The notes beneath the pieces are model-generated. The model was given only the letters and a program-made list of their open reading frames with translations. It was not told the origin of the DNA and searched no databases. The position numbers and the translations under genes were made by a program. This document shows positions 31,281 through 41,259 of a stretch of DNA of 48,802 nt, piece by piece (the first letter of the stretch is position 1; each line of letters starts with the position of its first letter). The stretch comes from a virus: positions 1 to 48,802 of the IMG/VR virus record IMGVR_UViG_3300045974_000160. The stretch is one strand, 5' to 3'.

Positions 31281-32965
31281 CATCTGTACAAGTCAACATT
31301 CAACAAGGCACGCCCGAATGGCACGATTTAATAAGCCGCACGATTGGCGGTAGCGAAGTCGGGATATTGTTTGGTCTAGGCCACATTACCCGAGATGAAT
31401 TGATACGGCAAAAAGCTACAGGCATTGTGCCGGAACCTAGCGAATTCCAGGCCGCGTTATTCGCCAAAGGCCATGAAATTGAAGATTTTGCCAGAGAATA
31501 TATTGGGGATTTATACGGCGATGAGTTTTTCCCCGCTGTTTTTTTGGACGAAGACAACAAATCCCGCGCTTCATTGGATGGCATAAATTTAGCGGGTGAT
31601 ACCATTATTGAGATTAAAACCATCAATAAGAAAAATAAATCTTATGCGATGGCGGGAGAAATTGATCCCATGTATATACCTCAAGTGGTATATGGAATGG
31701 GCATGTCGGGCGCGGAAAAATGTTTGTTTATTGTGTCAGACGGTATGCCAGAAAGCACCTATTATGTGCCCGTTCAATTTGATATTGGATGGTTTGAAAC
31801 AATCCAGTCAGCCATTACCCAATTCTGGCTAGACGTGGACGTATACCAGCCAGAACAATCTAAACCTGAACCTGTGCTAATGCCAGTTATGCAATTGCCT
31901 GCGCTAAATATCCGTGTTGCTGGTGATATTGCCATATCGTCAAATCTGGAAACATTTGGCGACAAGTTGACTGGGTTTATTGCTGGTATTAACCGCGATC
32001 CTCAAACCGATGAGGATTTTGGAAACCTTGAAACAGCAGTTAAGACATTGAAACAAGCGGAGGACGCGCTTAAAAAAGGCATGGATTCAGCGCTAGGGCA
32101 AACATCATCAATAGATGATTTGATTAAGCGAGTTGAGTATTTCATAGATTGCGCAAGGAATGCTCGGCTATCGGCTGAAAAACTGACAAAAACCCGCAAA
32201 GAGGAAATCAGAAATGAGTTAATCATTGCCGCCAAAAACGAGTATGCGAAATATTGCGCAAGTTTGGAAAGGGAAATTGACCCAATCAAGTTAATGTTGG
32301 TTCAACCCGATTTTTCGCAAGCAATAAAGGGTGTTAAAACCATGGCGAGCCTGCGCGACAAGCTAAATACCTCACTGGCTAATGCTAAAATATTGGCAAG
32401 CGATACCGCCGCTGATTTGCGGGTTAAACTGGCATGGTATAAGGAAAATTGCCTGTCGTTCAACTACCTGTTTGGCGATTTAAAGGATATTATTCGAAAG
32501 CCGTTGGATGATTTTAAGCTAAATTGCGAAAGCCGAATTGAACGGCATAAGCAGGCTGAACAGGAAAAGGCGAAAGCATTGGCTGAAAAGTTGGCCGAGC
32601 AAGAACGCGAAAAGATACGGCAGGATGAAGAGCGCAAGGCGCGTGAAGATATGCGGATTGAACAGGAACGCGAACGGGAAAATCAAAAAGAAGTTGACAG
32701 GTTTGAAAATGAACAATTAAAAAAACAGAAAGAACTAGAATCATTTGATTTTGAGATGTTTAGTCTTTTTGATAAAGAGTTTAGAAAGTTTGAAAATCAA
32801 CCATCTAAAAAAGAAAGAGCGGATCAAGTCGAATCCGAGTTATCCGACGAACAACGAATCCGGGCCATACTACAATCCATAGCTGATAAAGGCGAAGGCC
32901 AAGAAGTCGATAGGCTTTGGGAAGCGTTTCAATTGGGCGTTCAATCTGTGATACAGGGGATTTAA
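31277..32965 (+). CDS. YqaJ/lambda-exonuclease-like nuclease fused to a long coiled-coil C-terminal region (562 aa)
   Basis: N-terminus GTPEWHDLISRTIGGSEVG...ASLDGI...IIEIKT (PD-(D/E)xK pattern). The C-terminal ~350 aa are charged and helical. Confidence 0.7.
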   Translation: MTSVQVNIQQGTPEWHDLISRTIGGSEVGILFGLGHITRDELIRQKATGIVPEPSEFQAALFAKGHEIEDFAREYIGDLYGDEFFPAVFLDEDNKSRASLDGINLAGDTIIEIKTINKKNKSYAMAGEIDPMYIPQVVYGMGMSGAEKCLFIVSDGMPESTYYVPVQFDIGWFETIQSAITQFWLDVDVYQPEQSKPEPVLMPVMQLPALNIRVAGDIAISSNLETFGDKLTGFIAGINRDPQTDEDFGNLETAVKTLKQAEDALKKGMDSALGQTSSIDDLIKRVEYFIDCARNARLSAEKLTKTRKEEIRNELIIAAKNEYAKYCASLEREIDPIKLMLVQPDFSQAIKGVKTMASLRDKLNTSLANAKILASDTAADLRVKLAWYKENCLSFNYLFGDLKDIIRKPLDDFKLNCESRIERHKQAEQEKAKALAEKLAEQEREKIRQDEERKAREDMRIEQERERENQKEVDRFENEQLKKQKELESFDFEMFSLFDKEFRKFENQPSKKERADQVESELSDEQRIRAILQSIADKGEGQEVDRLWEAFQLGVQSVIQGI

Positions 32966-32966
32966 G

Positions 32967-33116
32967 ATGACTTTTTTGAATGTTTACATGTTTTTTGTGT
33001 CTGGCTTAATGATTTGGCATTTTTTCAACGGGATGAATTTCAAATCTTTAATGAATGATTGGGTTTTAACAGCCGTTTTAACTGGACTTTATTTTGTTAA
33101 TGGAGTGTTCAAATGA
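32967..33116 (+). CDS. Small membrane protein (49 aa)
   Basis: MTFLNVYMFFVSGLMIWHFF... Confidence 0.4.
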   Translation: MTFLNVYMFFVSGLMIWHFFNGMNFKSLMNDWVLTAVLTGLYFVNGVFK

Positions 33117-33349
33117 ACCTAATCGACATAATCAAATCCGGCCTTGAAGAAAGGGGATATTCAGGTCTTGTAATTGATGGTTTATGCGGCTGTCAGCTAA
33201 GCGATTTGTCGCCAGCCAACTGCTTGGGCTGTATGTGCAAACCCGGTTACAAGCATTCCCATTCGAAAAGGCCGGAAGACTGGATAATAAGCGAGACAAA
33301 AGAACCGGTTTCCGATGATGAAATCGAAGAAATTATTAAGTTTTGTTGA
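33113..33349 (+). CDS. Cys-rich hypothetical protein (78 aa)
   Basis: ATGA overlap with the upstream gene. Confidence 0.55.
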   Translation: MNLIDIIKSGLEERGYSGLVIDGLCGCQLSDLSPANCLGCMCKPGYKHSHSKRPEDWIISETKEPVSDDEIEEIIKFC

Positions 33350-33361
33350 TAGGAGTTTTCC

Positions 33362-33526
33362 ATGATTATCCACAAAATAGAACCATCCACTCTATTTATC
33401 GCAGGATTTGCATTATTTGCAATTTTTGCGATATTGGAGAATGATCCAAAAACCCAAAAAACCGCGCTGGCTATAATGGCGGTTTATGGTTTGCTGGCCT
33501 TGATTTTTAACTTTCCTAGTGCATGA
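33362..33526 (+). CDS. Small two-TM membrane protein (54 aa)
   Basis: GGAG Shine-Dalgarno. MIIHKIEPSTLFIAGFALFAIFAIL... Confidence 0.4.
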   Translation: MIIHKIEPSTLFIAGFALFAIFAILENDPKTQKTALAIMAVYGLLALIFNFPSA

Positions 33527-33535
33527 GGTGTTGAA

Positions 33536-33655
33536 ATGGTCGAAGTATTGGAGTTTGTGTTTACATCGTTCTGGACGTGGGCAGGAACAGTTATCCTTGT
33601 TGCCACGTTTGGCGCATCGTTTGCGCAGGTCTTTAACGCTTTAAGGGGGAGATAG
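33536..33655 (+). CDS. Small membrane protein (39 aa)
   Basis: MVEVLEFVFTSFWTWAGTVILVATFGASFAQVFNALRGR. Confidence 0.35.
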   Translation: MVEVLEFVFTSFWTWAGTVILVATFGASFAQVFNALRGR

Positions 33656-33657
33656 AT

Positions 33658-33852
33658 ATGATTTATCCAAATGAACCCATGTTTACAACAAAGCCTTTTG
33701 AGTGTATGTCGCAACGCGATTACATCGCAGTCATGGCAATGCAAGGCATTTTGGCTAATGCATCGCTTGGAATTGAATTAGATAGTGATGAAATTGCAAG
33801 AGTTGCATATGAACATACCGAATCACTGATCGAAGCCAGCAAACAGAAATAA
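33658..33852 (+). CDS. Hypothetical protein (64 aa)
   Basis: ORF with a GGGGGAG Shine-Dalgarno. Confidence 0.55.
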   Translation: MIYPNEPMFTTKPFECMSQRDYIAVMAMQGILANASLGIELDSDEIARVAYEHTESLIEASKQK

Positions 33853-33857
33853 CTACC

Positions 33858-34268
33858 ATGACCGCACTACGCACAGCATTAGTATTAGCAGGCATACGCG
33901 ATCCAAAAACTCCCGTATGCCCGTATTGCGGTCATACTGCTGAATTGGTTAATGGCGATGTAATTTACCCGCATAGGCCAGATTTAAAGTCCAAGAAATT
34001 CTGGCTATGCGAACCATGCCATTCCTATATCGGATGTCATGGCGAGACTGACAGGCCGCTAGGTACGATGGCAAACCACGCCACGCGGATTGCTAGGCAA
34101 GCCGCGCACAAATCGTTTGACAGGATATGGCAAGGCAGGCATTTGAGCCGCCACCACGCTTACAAGTGGTTGGCTGAAATGCTAGGCGTCGAAGAAATCC
34201 ACATAGGCGAAAGCGATGTTGCCATGTGCTTGAAGATTAAGACAATAGCAGACGGGTTTTTTGACTAA
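33858..34268 (+). CDS. Zinc-finger protein, DUF3268-like (136 aa)
   Basis: CPYCGH...CEPC, then RIARQAAHKSFDRIW. Confidence 0.6.
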   Translation: MTALRTALVLAGIRDPKTPVCPYCGHTAELVNGDVIYPHRPDLKSKKFWLCEPCHSYIGCHGETDRPLGTMANHATRIARQAAHKSFDRIWQGRHLSRHHAYKWLAEMLGVEEIHIGESDVAMCLKIKTIADGFFD

Positions 34269-34864
34269 AAAAATTGGTTATGATCCCATGACCAGTAACC
34301 CGATGGCCCGCCAGTAAATATGGTTGCGCCGTAGTTCGCTGTACAAGATGAATTCGGCATATGAGCATGAAACCACAGCAACGTATTTGGGGTAAATGAA
34401 AACATAATCCCGTAATCAGTTCCGTCTATTATCATCCCCATCGTTCCGGCGTCAAAATCAACATACGGTATTATTATCATGCCAGTATGGGCGTTAGCTC
34501 CATAACCGCTGGTATATGTCGTATTAAATGCCTTTCCATGGCCATGGTCGCTAATCAGCAAACCCCAGTTATTAACCCCAGGAAAAAATCCAACCGTAGC
34601 AAGTTGCCAAGAATTACCCTCGGAAAACCCAAGCGATATACCGTCTGGTGTGTGATAATTATCTACAGTAATCTTTAAGCAATACTTACCACTTGACCTT
34701 GCTAATGTGCTTGGGCAACTAGATCCACTAGCAGTAGATGTCAAAGTCAAATTACCGTTAGTCAGCGTGGTGTTTGGCCCAATTTGAGTAGGATCAAAAG
34801 TAACATAAGACACGCCTCCCCCGTCACTATTCATTGTATAAATCATATTCGTTCCCATTACCAT
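34265..34864 (-). CDS. SPRY-domain protein (199 aa from ATG 34864), last gene of the late operon
   Basis: SGKYCLKITVDNY...ISLGF...GYGANAHTGMIIIPYVDFDAGTMGMIIDG is a SPRY-like pattern. TAATG overlap with the fibre gene. Confidence 0.55.
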   Translation of the reverse strand: MVMGTNMIYTMNSDGGGVSYVTFDPTQIGPNTTLTNGNLTLTSTASGSSCPSTLARSSGKYCLKITVDNYHTPDGISLGFSEGNSWQLATVGFFPGVNNWGLLISDHGHGKAFNTTYTSGYGANAHTGMIIIPYVDFDAGTMGMIIDGTDYGIMFSFTPNTLLWFHAHMPNSSCTANYGATIFTGGPSGYWSWDHNQFF

Positions 34865-36318
34865 TATGATGTCCTCGTAGGAAGGAATGTCGCAACAAAT
34901 ACCGCCGCATTTGATGCCGATGCGGGGGCTATGCAATCAAAATTGTCGCCTATTGCAAAATCAGTTGCTGTCACCGATACTGTCACAGTGCTTGTGCCTA
35001 TTGTGATAGTACCTATTGACGTGCCATTATGTCGAAGAGTATATACCTCGCTTATAGCTGCGTAAGTATAAACCTTAACGTTATTAGCTACCGTTGTTAT
35101 TCCAAGGTTTGTCGGTAAACTCCAAGCAAAAACCGAGTTGTAACACATGATTGAACTTGCATTGCCAGCCGCCGAGAGACAACCGATTTGCATGTGAAAT
35201 GAATTGGTGCTTGATACCCCATTTCCCCAAGCCAAATCCCACTTACTCGTGCCGTCGCTTATCAGAACCAACAATCCACGCGGCGCGACTATAGGGGAGT
35301 TTCCACCGATAGTATCTGATCCAGACGCAACAAGTGATATTGTGTTGGTGCTTGACGCGGTTCCAGAGGTATCTAATACCAGCAACATTTTACCCGGATT
35401 AACCGAATTGGCAAGTGGTAATGTAACTACTCTAGCCGCGCTTAGCGTGCCTATTTGTTCCAGTATTGTTGTCGCAGATAATGCCGTGACATTGGCATTG
35501 TTAAAGGTTTGACGGGATTCGATTTTCATGTTCTGTCTAGCCAATAATACGCTAGACAAATCGCTTAAATTACCTGCAACCGTCAAATAACTTCCGCTTG
35601 CTGTAGTGTATGAAAAAACAATCCAGTTTCCAGTTCCATCGCTAACTAACGAAACACTGCCATTAGGCGCGATAATGGATTGATTACCTATAATGGTGTC
35701 TGATCCAGATGCAGCCAATACAATTGAATTGGATATTGAAGCGGTTCCTGATCCGTCGATAATTAGTAATTCTTTTCCTGGATTGACTGAATTGGCAAGC
35801 GGTAAAGTAACTGTGCGGCTTGCGCTCATTGTGCCGATTTGTTCGGCAACCGTGGTTGCGGGCAATACTGTTACGTTAGCATTACTAAAAGTCTGCCTAG
35901 ATTCAATTTTAATATTCGCCCGCGATGTCAATATACTATCAACGTCGGCTAAGTTTTGAGCCTTCTGCAAATACACACCGCTGGATATGGCGCTTGCAAT
36001 GTCTGTTGCTGTTATTGCGCGTGGAGCCAAAGGCCCGCTACCCGATGACGGACTGGCTAAAAACAATCCCTGCGCAAGCGTTGCGCCTGTAAATGTTAAT
36101 GTGCCTGTGCCAGTGACGGGCGAACCTGAAACCGTGAAATAAGACGGTGCCGATAATCCTACGCTAGTTACTGTTCCCGTAGCCGTTGCCACATTCCCTC
36201 GTGCCGTTGTCCCATCTGCAAGCGCATACAGGGGGTAATCTCCCGTAGACGGGGTTATTATTGGCCTTTCATTTCCTTTTTGGGAAACTACGGGAAATTC
36301 ATTTTGATTATTCGGCAT
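34864..36318 (-). CDS. Tail fibre protein (484 aa) with an internal tandem domain duplication
   Basis: Residues 116-234 and 244-362 are clearly related (NLADVDSILTSRANIKIESRQTF vs NLSDLSSVLLARQNMKIESRQTF, and so on). Confidence 0.7.
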   Translation of the reverse strand: MPNNQNEFPVVSQKGNERPIITPSTGDYPLYALADGTTARGNVATATGTVTSVGLSAPSYFTVSGSPVTGTGTLTFTGATLAQGLFLASPSSGSGPLAPRAITATDIASAISSGVYLQKAQNLADVDSILTSRANIKIESRQTFSNANVTVLPATTVAEQIGTMSASRTVTLPLANSVNPGKELLIIDGSGTASISNSIVLAASGSDTIIGNQSIIAPNGSVSLVSDGTGNWIVFSYTTASGSYLTVAGNLSDLSSVLLARQNMKIESRQTFNNANVTALSATTILEQIGTLSAARVVTLPLANSVNPGKMLLVLDTSGTASSTNTISLVASGSDTIGGNSPIVAPRGLLVLISDGTSKWDLAWGNGVSSTNSFHMQIGCLSAAGNASSIMCYNSVFAWSLPTNLGITTVANNVKVYTYAAISEVYTLRHNGTSIGTITIGTSTVTVSVTATDFAIGDNFDCIAPASASNAAVFVATFLPTRTS

Positions 36319-36327
36319 TTTTATATC

Positions 36328-37338
36328 CTATTCAATGATTATTAAATAGCCGTTTCCGCCGTTTCGTCCGGATTTGTTGATATTTCCTCCCGCGCCTCCC
36401 GCGCCTCTTGCGTTACCGTTTGTATAATTATCCGGCCCTGGATAAACTATATTTTTTGGCTGCGATCCAGAACCCAATGCTCCCCCGCCTGCGCCAGGAA
36501 CAAAACCCCATCCGTCGCCGCCATTGTTTCCCGGCTGGTTGAATGTGCCACCTACCTCATCCCCTCCCGCGCAAGTCCCCGAAACATTGCCAGCCGCGCC
36601 GCCCAATCCGCCAAGGAACGTATAAACGCCGCCTGTGACACCTGTCTGGGCTGGCAATCCGCCTATTGACGTGGCTGTTCCGTTTGCGCCAGGAAGCCCT
36701 ACAGCCCCGCCTAAGCCGCCGCGTCCAAGCGTGATTGATAGCTCTACGCCGGGAGTAACGGCTAACAACAGGAATTGATTAAACTCGCCGGATGAACCCC
36801 CCGCGCCGGAATACAAAGTGGCAAGTCCGCCGCCGCCGCCGCCGCCTGAACCCATGCCTAAAACCATTATGCGGTTTTTAACCGGCGTGTAAGTTAATCC
36901 CGTCGAAACAAACCCGTATGCCGTGACTATTGGCGAGCTTGCGGTAATCCAACCAGCACCGCCGGAATTCGGATTCGTGGTATTGTTTTCAACGATGTTT
37001 TGCCAGATTGTAACTAGGTCATCGCCAAGAACTTGAGCACCTTTAGGGTAGCCGCTTATGGCGGTTGCAAAAGTGGAATTGTAGACAAAAAAAGTACCAG
37101 AATTTAGCCATCTAGCAATAGCCGTTGCCGTGTTCATTACCCCGTTAAAATCCTTACCATCCGGCGGTATGCCGCTTCCTAATGGCGGTTTTTCGGTCAT
37201 TGTCAAAGGCGGAAAACCATCGGTATAACTAGCCGCGCCGGGTGTTATGCTGATTTGAGAAGGAACCGGAATGGTATTCTTTAAACCGCTATTCGCCCAC
37301 GGCAATACTATCCGGGTAGGTTCGTCTGAGTGCTGCAT
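36328..37338 (-). CDS. Glycine-rich fibre/baseplate-distal protein (336 aa)
   Basis: The Gly-rich C-terminal half ends GGNGYLIIIE. Confidence 0.6.
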   Translation of the reverse strand: MQHSDEPTRIVLPWANSGLKNTIPVPSQISITPGAASYTDGFPPLTMTEKPPLGSGIPPDGKDFNGVMNTATAIARWLNSGTFFVYNSTFATAISGYPKGAQVLGDDLVTIWQNIVENNTTNPNSGGAGWITASSPIVTAYGFVSTGLTYTPVKNRIMVLGMGSGGGGGGGLATLYSGAGGSSGEFNQFLLLAVTPGVELSITLGRGGLGGAVGLPGANGTATSIGGLPAQTGVTGGVYTFLGGLGGAAGNVSGTCAGGDEVGGTFNQPGNNGGDGWGFVPGAGGGALGSGSQPKNIVYPGPDNYTNGNARGAGGAGGNINKSGRNGGNGYLIIIE

Positions 37339-37353
37339 TTTGTTATTACCTTA

Positions 37354-37365
37354 CGCCTCGCGGCG
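37354..37365 (-). promoter_or_regulatory. Leader hairpin CGCC-GCGA-GGCG (GNRA loop)
   Basis: Lies 15 nt upstream of the ATG at 37338. Confidence 0.4.
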
Positions 37366-37372
37366 ATAAAAG

Positions 37373-38173
37373 TTAAAGAACCTTACTCCAAAGAGTGCCA
37401 TTGTTCCAAGTATCCCATCCGGTATCTTTAAAGCCTAAATATTCATCTGTTAATAACTGGATAACCCTAGACTTAACGCCGCACGGCCTTGGAACGCAAT
37501 TAGAATTTGAAAATATGGCGACCTCAAAAGGCTCTAGTGGGAATTCAAATATCAATGCCATTTGCATGTCGCCATAATCAACGCAATAGCATTTCCCGCG
37601 CCCGGCAAAAAAGAATGTTAGCAACTTATTGATTGATGGTATGCTTAAATCGGATAGATTAAGCATGGCCTTGTATTGTATTAGACTTCTATATGTATTA
37701 TCGTCTAGCAAGTATTTAACAGAAGCCGGATGACCAGAGTAAAAAACCCCGTTATTCCACGTTTCGCCATTACCTTGTTTAAATCCGAAAAACTCACCAT
37801 CGACAATAATATCTACTTTTCTTGAAACATCTACAATCCTGCCCCAAACGTCTAGCCCGTATGAGTTGCATGTATTTAAATTAAAAACAGAATTATAAAA
37901 GTTTTCTAAATCTTTGGTTACATTGATGTTTTTATCAAAATTTTGAACTAATCCTAAAATCTTTAATGAGTTAGCATACTGGCTTATAACATCCGAATCA
38001 GTGTAAGTATCGGCGTTTGTGCAATTTAACGGACTTGGATATCCTAAGGGCTTGTAGTAATCAACGAACTCTTTTGCCGAAGCATTGAAAATTTCTAATA
38101 ATACTTCACCGTCAACGGCTAAATATGATCCATCTCCATTATCAAGATAAACAGGAATATATGCGCTAGTCAT
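37373..38173 (-). CDS. Baseplate wedge / tail protein downstream of the J-like gene (266 aa)
   Basis: Positional call. Confidence 0.45.
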   Translation of the reverse strand: MTSAYIPVYLDNGDGSYLAVDGEVLLEIFNASAKEFVDYYKPLGYPSPLNCTNADTYTDSDVISQYANSLKILGLVQNFDKNINVTKDLENFYNSVFNLNTCNSYGLDVWGRIVDVSRKVDIIVDGEFFGFKQGNGETWNNGVFYSGHPASVKYLLDDNTYRSLIQYKAMLNLSDLSIPSINKLLTFFFAGRGKCYCVDYGDMQMALIFEFPLEPFEVAIFSNSNCVPRPCGVKSRVIQLLTDEYLGFKDTGWDTWNNGTLWSKVL

Positions 38174-39372
38174 ATCAATTGCACATATATGTCCGAAGCA
38201 TCAATAGTCGGGTATTCGTTAATATTGACTTTTATCGACGATTGAGATGGTGTGTCTCTGCCTATTAGCAATTGCAATATCTCAACAGGCGATGACGTAA
38301 CACCTATGATTGGCGGATAAAACCGGCTTGAATATAACGTGCTTCCAATGGTTGCTTTTTGCCCGCCGTCCAGCCCGTTGAATGCCGCAATAACAGCATT
38401 TTTAATCAATGTAATGATATTGGCGGGAAGCGTAGGAATATCGGCTATATTGATGACAAATTTAATCGCAACCGATGACGGCCTGAAAAATTTGACATTG
38501 TAAGTCGGCAATGGCGCAGAATAATTAGCATCCTGCACAGCTACAACAGTATCCCCAGTGTAATTGCATCCGGGTGACTTTTTAGACCATATCGCCGCCG
38601 ATACCGCCGAGTCAGTACCGCCTACTACGGATATTGCAATAGAGTGCGGATTCAACGGAACAGCGCCATTGTAAACAATAATCCCCTCTACGTTTTCTGT
38701 AACGTAAGCGTCAATTATGTTTGGAACATCTAAAACCACCCCGCGAACTGCCGCCAATGGATTAAGCGAGTTTTTCCCGACCGATAGTTTACGCCTTGCC
38801 TCAAAATCGGCCCGCGTTTCCACGTTTCGGCCTAATTCGCCAGCCGTCAAATTAGTGACGGAATCCCATCCGGCTATTGATGTGTAGATCGTAGTTATTG
38901 CGCCTATCGCGCAAAATATTGGCCCTGTGACGACGCATTGAAATTGTAAAGTAACCGTTCCGCCGACTCCAATTGTTCCGCCTGTTACCGCAATATATTT
39001 GTTACCGTCCTTATCTTGGATAACAGACAATGCGGGGATTACCACGCCATTCAATCCACAGCATACCACGTCAACAACGGTTGACAATGCGGGAATTCTT
39101 TCAATTTCATATAACCGGCCTAAACCATCCTGCCAAACTCCCATGGATGTTTCCGGGTCAAACATGGCAGACATAAACAGAATTTCACTGTTTTTAGCGC
39201 CAATTGCCGCCGCTTGCGAGCTTGCTAACTGGCCTTGCGGAGTTTCAAGAGAAGTATTTAGATTACCGCCAAACGCGGCATTCATGTCCGTCAATACGCC
39301 AGCCAGAACATCCGTTTCCAAAGGCGCGACCGGCCCGGTATTTGTCCATATAATTTGCGGCACTGCGCTCAT
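38170..39372 (-). CDS. Baseplate J-like protein (400 aa)
   Basis: Size and position after the W-like gene. Confidence 0.65.
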   Translation of the reverse strand: MSAVPQIIWTNTGPVAPLETDVLAGVLTDMNAAFGGNLNTSLETPQGQLASSQAAAIGAKNSEILFMSAMFDPETSMGVWQDGLGRLYEIERIPALSTVVDVVCCGLNGVVIPALSVIQDKDGNKYIAVTGGTIGVGGTVTLQFQCVVTGPIFCAIGAITTIYTSIAGWDSVTNLTAGELGRNVETRADFEARRKLSVGKNSLNPLAAVRGVVLDVPNIIDAYVTENVEGIIVYNGAVPLNPHSIAISVVGGTDSAVSAAIWSKKSPGCNYTGDTVVAVQDANYSAPLPTYNVKFFRPSSVAIKFVINIADIPTLPANIITLIKNAVIAAFNGLDGGQKATIGSTLYSSRFYPPIIGVTSSPVEILQLLIGRDTPSQSSIKVNINEYPTIDASDIYVQLI

Positions 39373-39381
39373 TGAATACCC

Positions 39382-39729
39382 CTAAAATGCGACATTGCGC
39401 AAAACCCCGTTATTGTCGATAACCCGTATTTGCCCGGTTATGCCGCGCTTTTCAACGGCTATCACGGTGCATTGCGCCTCGGCGACTTCCGGCACGGTAA
39501 GTGCCGACGCCTCGATTTGTGCCTTGAGAAGCGCAAGGGGCGGCTGATGGCCTAGCGTGTCAGTCCAGTAAGGCAAGCCTTTTGACGTGTCGTAGTAAAG
39601 CTCCCCGGCGAATAGCCGCACCGCGCTGGCTACGTCTTGCTCAATTGCATATCCGCCCATGGCGACTGCAATATTGCCTTTTTCGTCTAAAGTTAAATCC
39701 CAATTTGAATCAAGCAACAAAGTATCCAT
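39382..39729 (-). CDS. Baseplate W / gp25-like protein (115 aa)
   Basis: Size and position. Confidence 0.6.
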   Translation of the reverse strand: MDTLLLDSNWDLTLDEKGNIAVAMGGYAIEQDVASAVRLFAGELYYDTSKGLPYWTDTLGHQPPLALLKAQIEASALTVPEVAEAQCTVIAVEKRGITGQIRVIDNNGVLRNVAF

Positions 39730-40397
39730 TAGACAGGAACCCCGCTTATGCCTGATCCGGGCTGAGTGTTTTTGTGGGCATGAGTGCTATCAATTGCATG
39801 GCCGTTGTTGGTTAGTTTTCCAGTCGTGTCAATATCGCCTTTGATAGTCATTGCGCCTTCATGCGTTAAATGGCCTGTAGTTTTAATATCAGTCGCGTCA
39901 ATAAATACGGCTTTAGGCGAATGAACATGAATACCATCATCTGCAAATCTTACGAACTGAGAAGGCGTACCATTTAAAAACCCGCCATCATATAATCCGT
40001 CTGCCCAATTTGATTGACGTTTTGAACCCGGATTATCTAGTTTTTTTGTGCGCTTTACTCTTGATGTATCTCTATCCGCAAACGTGGCCTTGCCAATATC
40101 GCCTACTTTTGGATCAAGGATTATCGCATCCGCCCCGCCTTGCAACCTGAAATAAGGTAAATTGTGGACTATTCCATGCTGTATAGGGTTTCCGTTTCCA
40201 TCCATCATATTTACCATGGGCTGAACGTCAACTAATCCTACCGGGGAAAGTTCGCCTTTATTAGTGACTTTTACCACGGTCACCAATGCGCAATAGTTGC
40301 GCCCGCTTAATATCTTATTGACATGAAACACAAGTTTATTGTATTCAGTGGAATCTGAGAATATGTCGGAAAAGCCTTTGCGCCCTGTATCAGCCAT
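39729..40397 (-). CDS. Baseplate spike / assembly protein V-like (222 aa)
   Basis: OB-fold-like N-terminus and a C-terminal repeat region (TTGHLTHEGAMTIKGDIDTTGKLTNNGHAIDSTH). Confidence 0.65.
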   Translation of the reverse strand: MADTGRKGFSDIFSDSTEYNKLVFHVNKILSGRNYCALVTVVKVTNKGELSPVGLVDVQPMVNMMDGNGNPIQHGIVHNLPYFRLQGGADAIILDPKVGDIGKATFADRDTSRVKRTKKLDNPGSKRQSNWADGLYDGGFLNGTPSQFVRFADDGIHVHSPKAVFIDATDIKTTGHLTHEGAMTIKGDIDTTGKLTNNGHAIDSTHAHKNTQPGSGISGVPV

Positions 40398-41259
40398 TTT
40401 TATACGATAGCTCCATATGCGTAAACCATGGCCCGTTTGGCATTTCGCATGAAATTGAATGCGTAAATGGCCCTAGTATCCATTCCCGCGTAGCCATTTT
40501 TAACGAGCTTTGCACGTTTATTTTAGTGTAATAGGTTATATCTGGATTGAATTGCATTGTGATATTCATTCCTTTTTGGCTAAATGCAGGGTATCCGACT
40601 AAACCGGTTTCCGGCGATATTGTTATTGAACTATCAAGCCGTGCGGTTTTATCCGTGTTGACTACAAGACTGCCTTTTTCCACGTTGCACCATATCCCCG
40701 CTTGGCGCGAGCATTCCCTAATCTGGCTCATTGCATCGCCGACAAAGTATGGGTTTTCAAGCTTTGGCGAAGCTCCCCCTATTTTTGTAAACCCAAGCCT
40801 GAAGTCTAATGCAATTGGCTTCAATATATCGTCGGTCGCATCGGCTATCCCTGCAATGCTAATCGTTTTGGACGGGGTGACAGTTAAATTGCCGCCTGAC
40901 TGTGCGATTATCTCAAACGGCACATTAGGCTGCGCGTTGTAATTTGCCCACGCCTCAATAATCGAACCGACATAAACTTTGCGGATTCCGTTTGAGTCGC
41001 CAGCCGACAAAGTGACGGTATTCTTAGCCCTTAGTTCTGGCTGAATATAGCCTATCGTGGTTAGCCTATTCATGTCAGATTCTTTTAGTCCCCATACCCG
41101 AATATGGGCTGTACACATAGACTCTCCGCCAGGATTCGACATGTCGGCAGTCATGCGCAATCCTTTGACGCTAATCGTGTCCACTACTGTTTCACCATAA
41201 ACCCCGCCGCCTATGGTAATTTCAAGCTCGATTATCTTTTGAGTAAACGAACTAGGCAA
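40390..41259 (-). CDS. Baseplate hub-like protein (289 aa)
   Basis: Position between the tape measure-proximal genes and the V-like gene. Confidence 0.5.
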   Translation of the reverse strand: MPSSFTQKIIELEITIGGGVYGETVVDTISVKGLRMTADMSNPGGESMCTAHIRVWGLKESDMNRLTTIGYIQPELRAKNTVTLSAGDSNGIRKVYVGSIIEAWANYNAQPNVPFEIIAQSGGNLTVTPSKTISIAGIADATDDILKPIALDFRLGFTKIGGASPKLENPYFVGDAMSQIRECSRQAGIWCNVEKGSLVVNTDKTARLDSSITISPETGLVGYPAFSQKGMNITMQFNPDITYYTKINVQSSLKMATREWILGPFTHSISCEMPNGPWFTHMELSYKNG

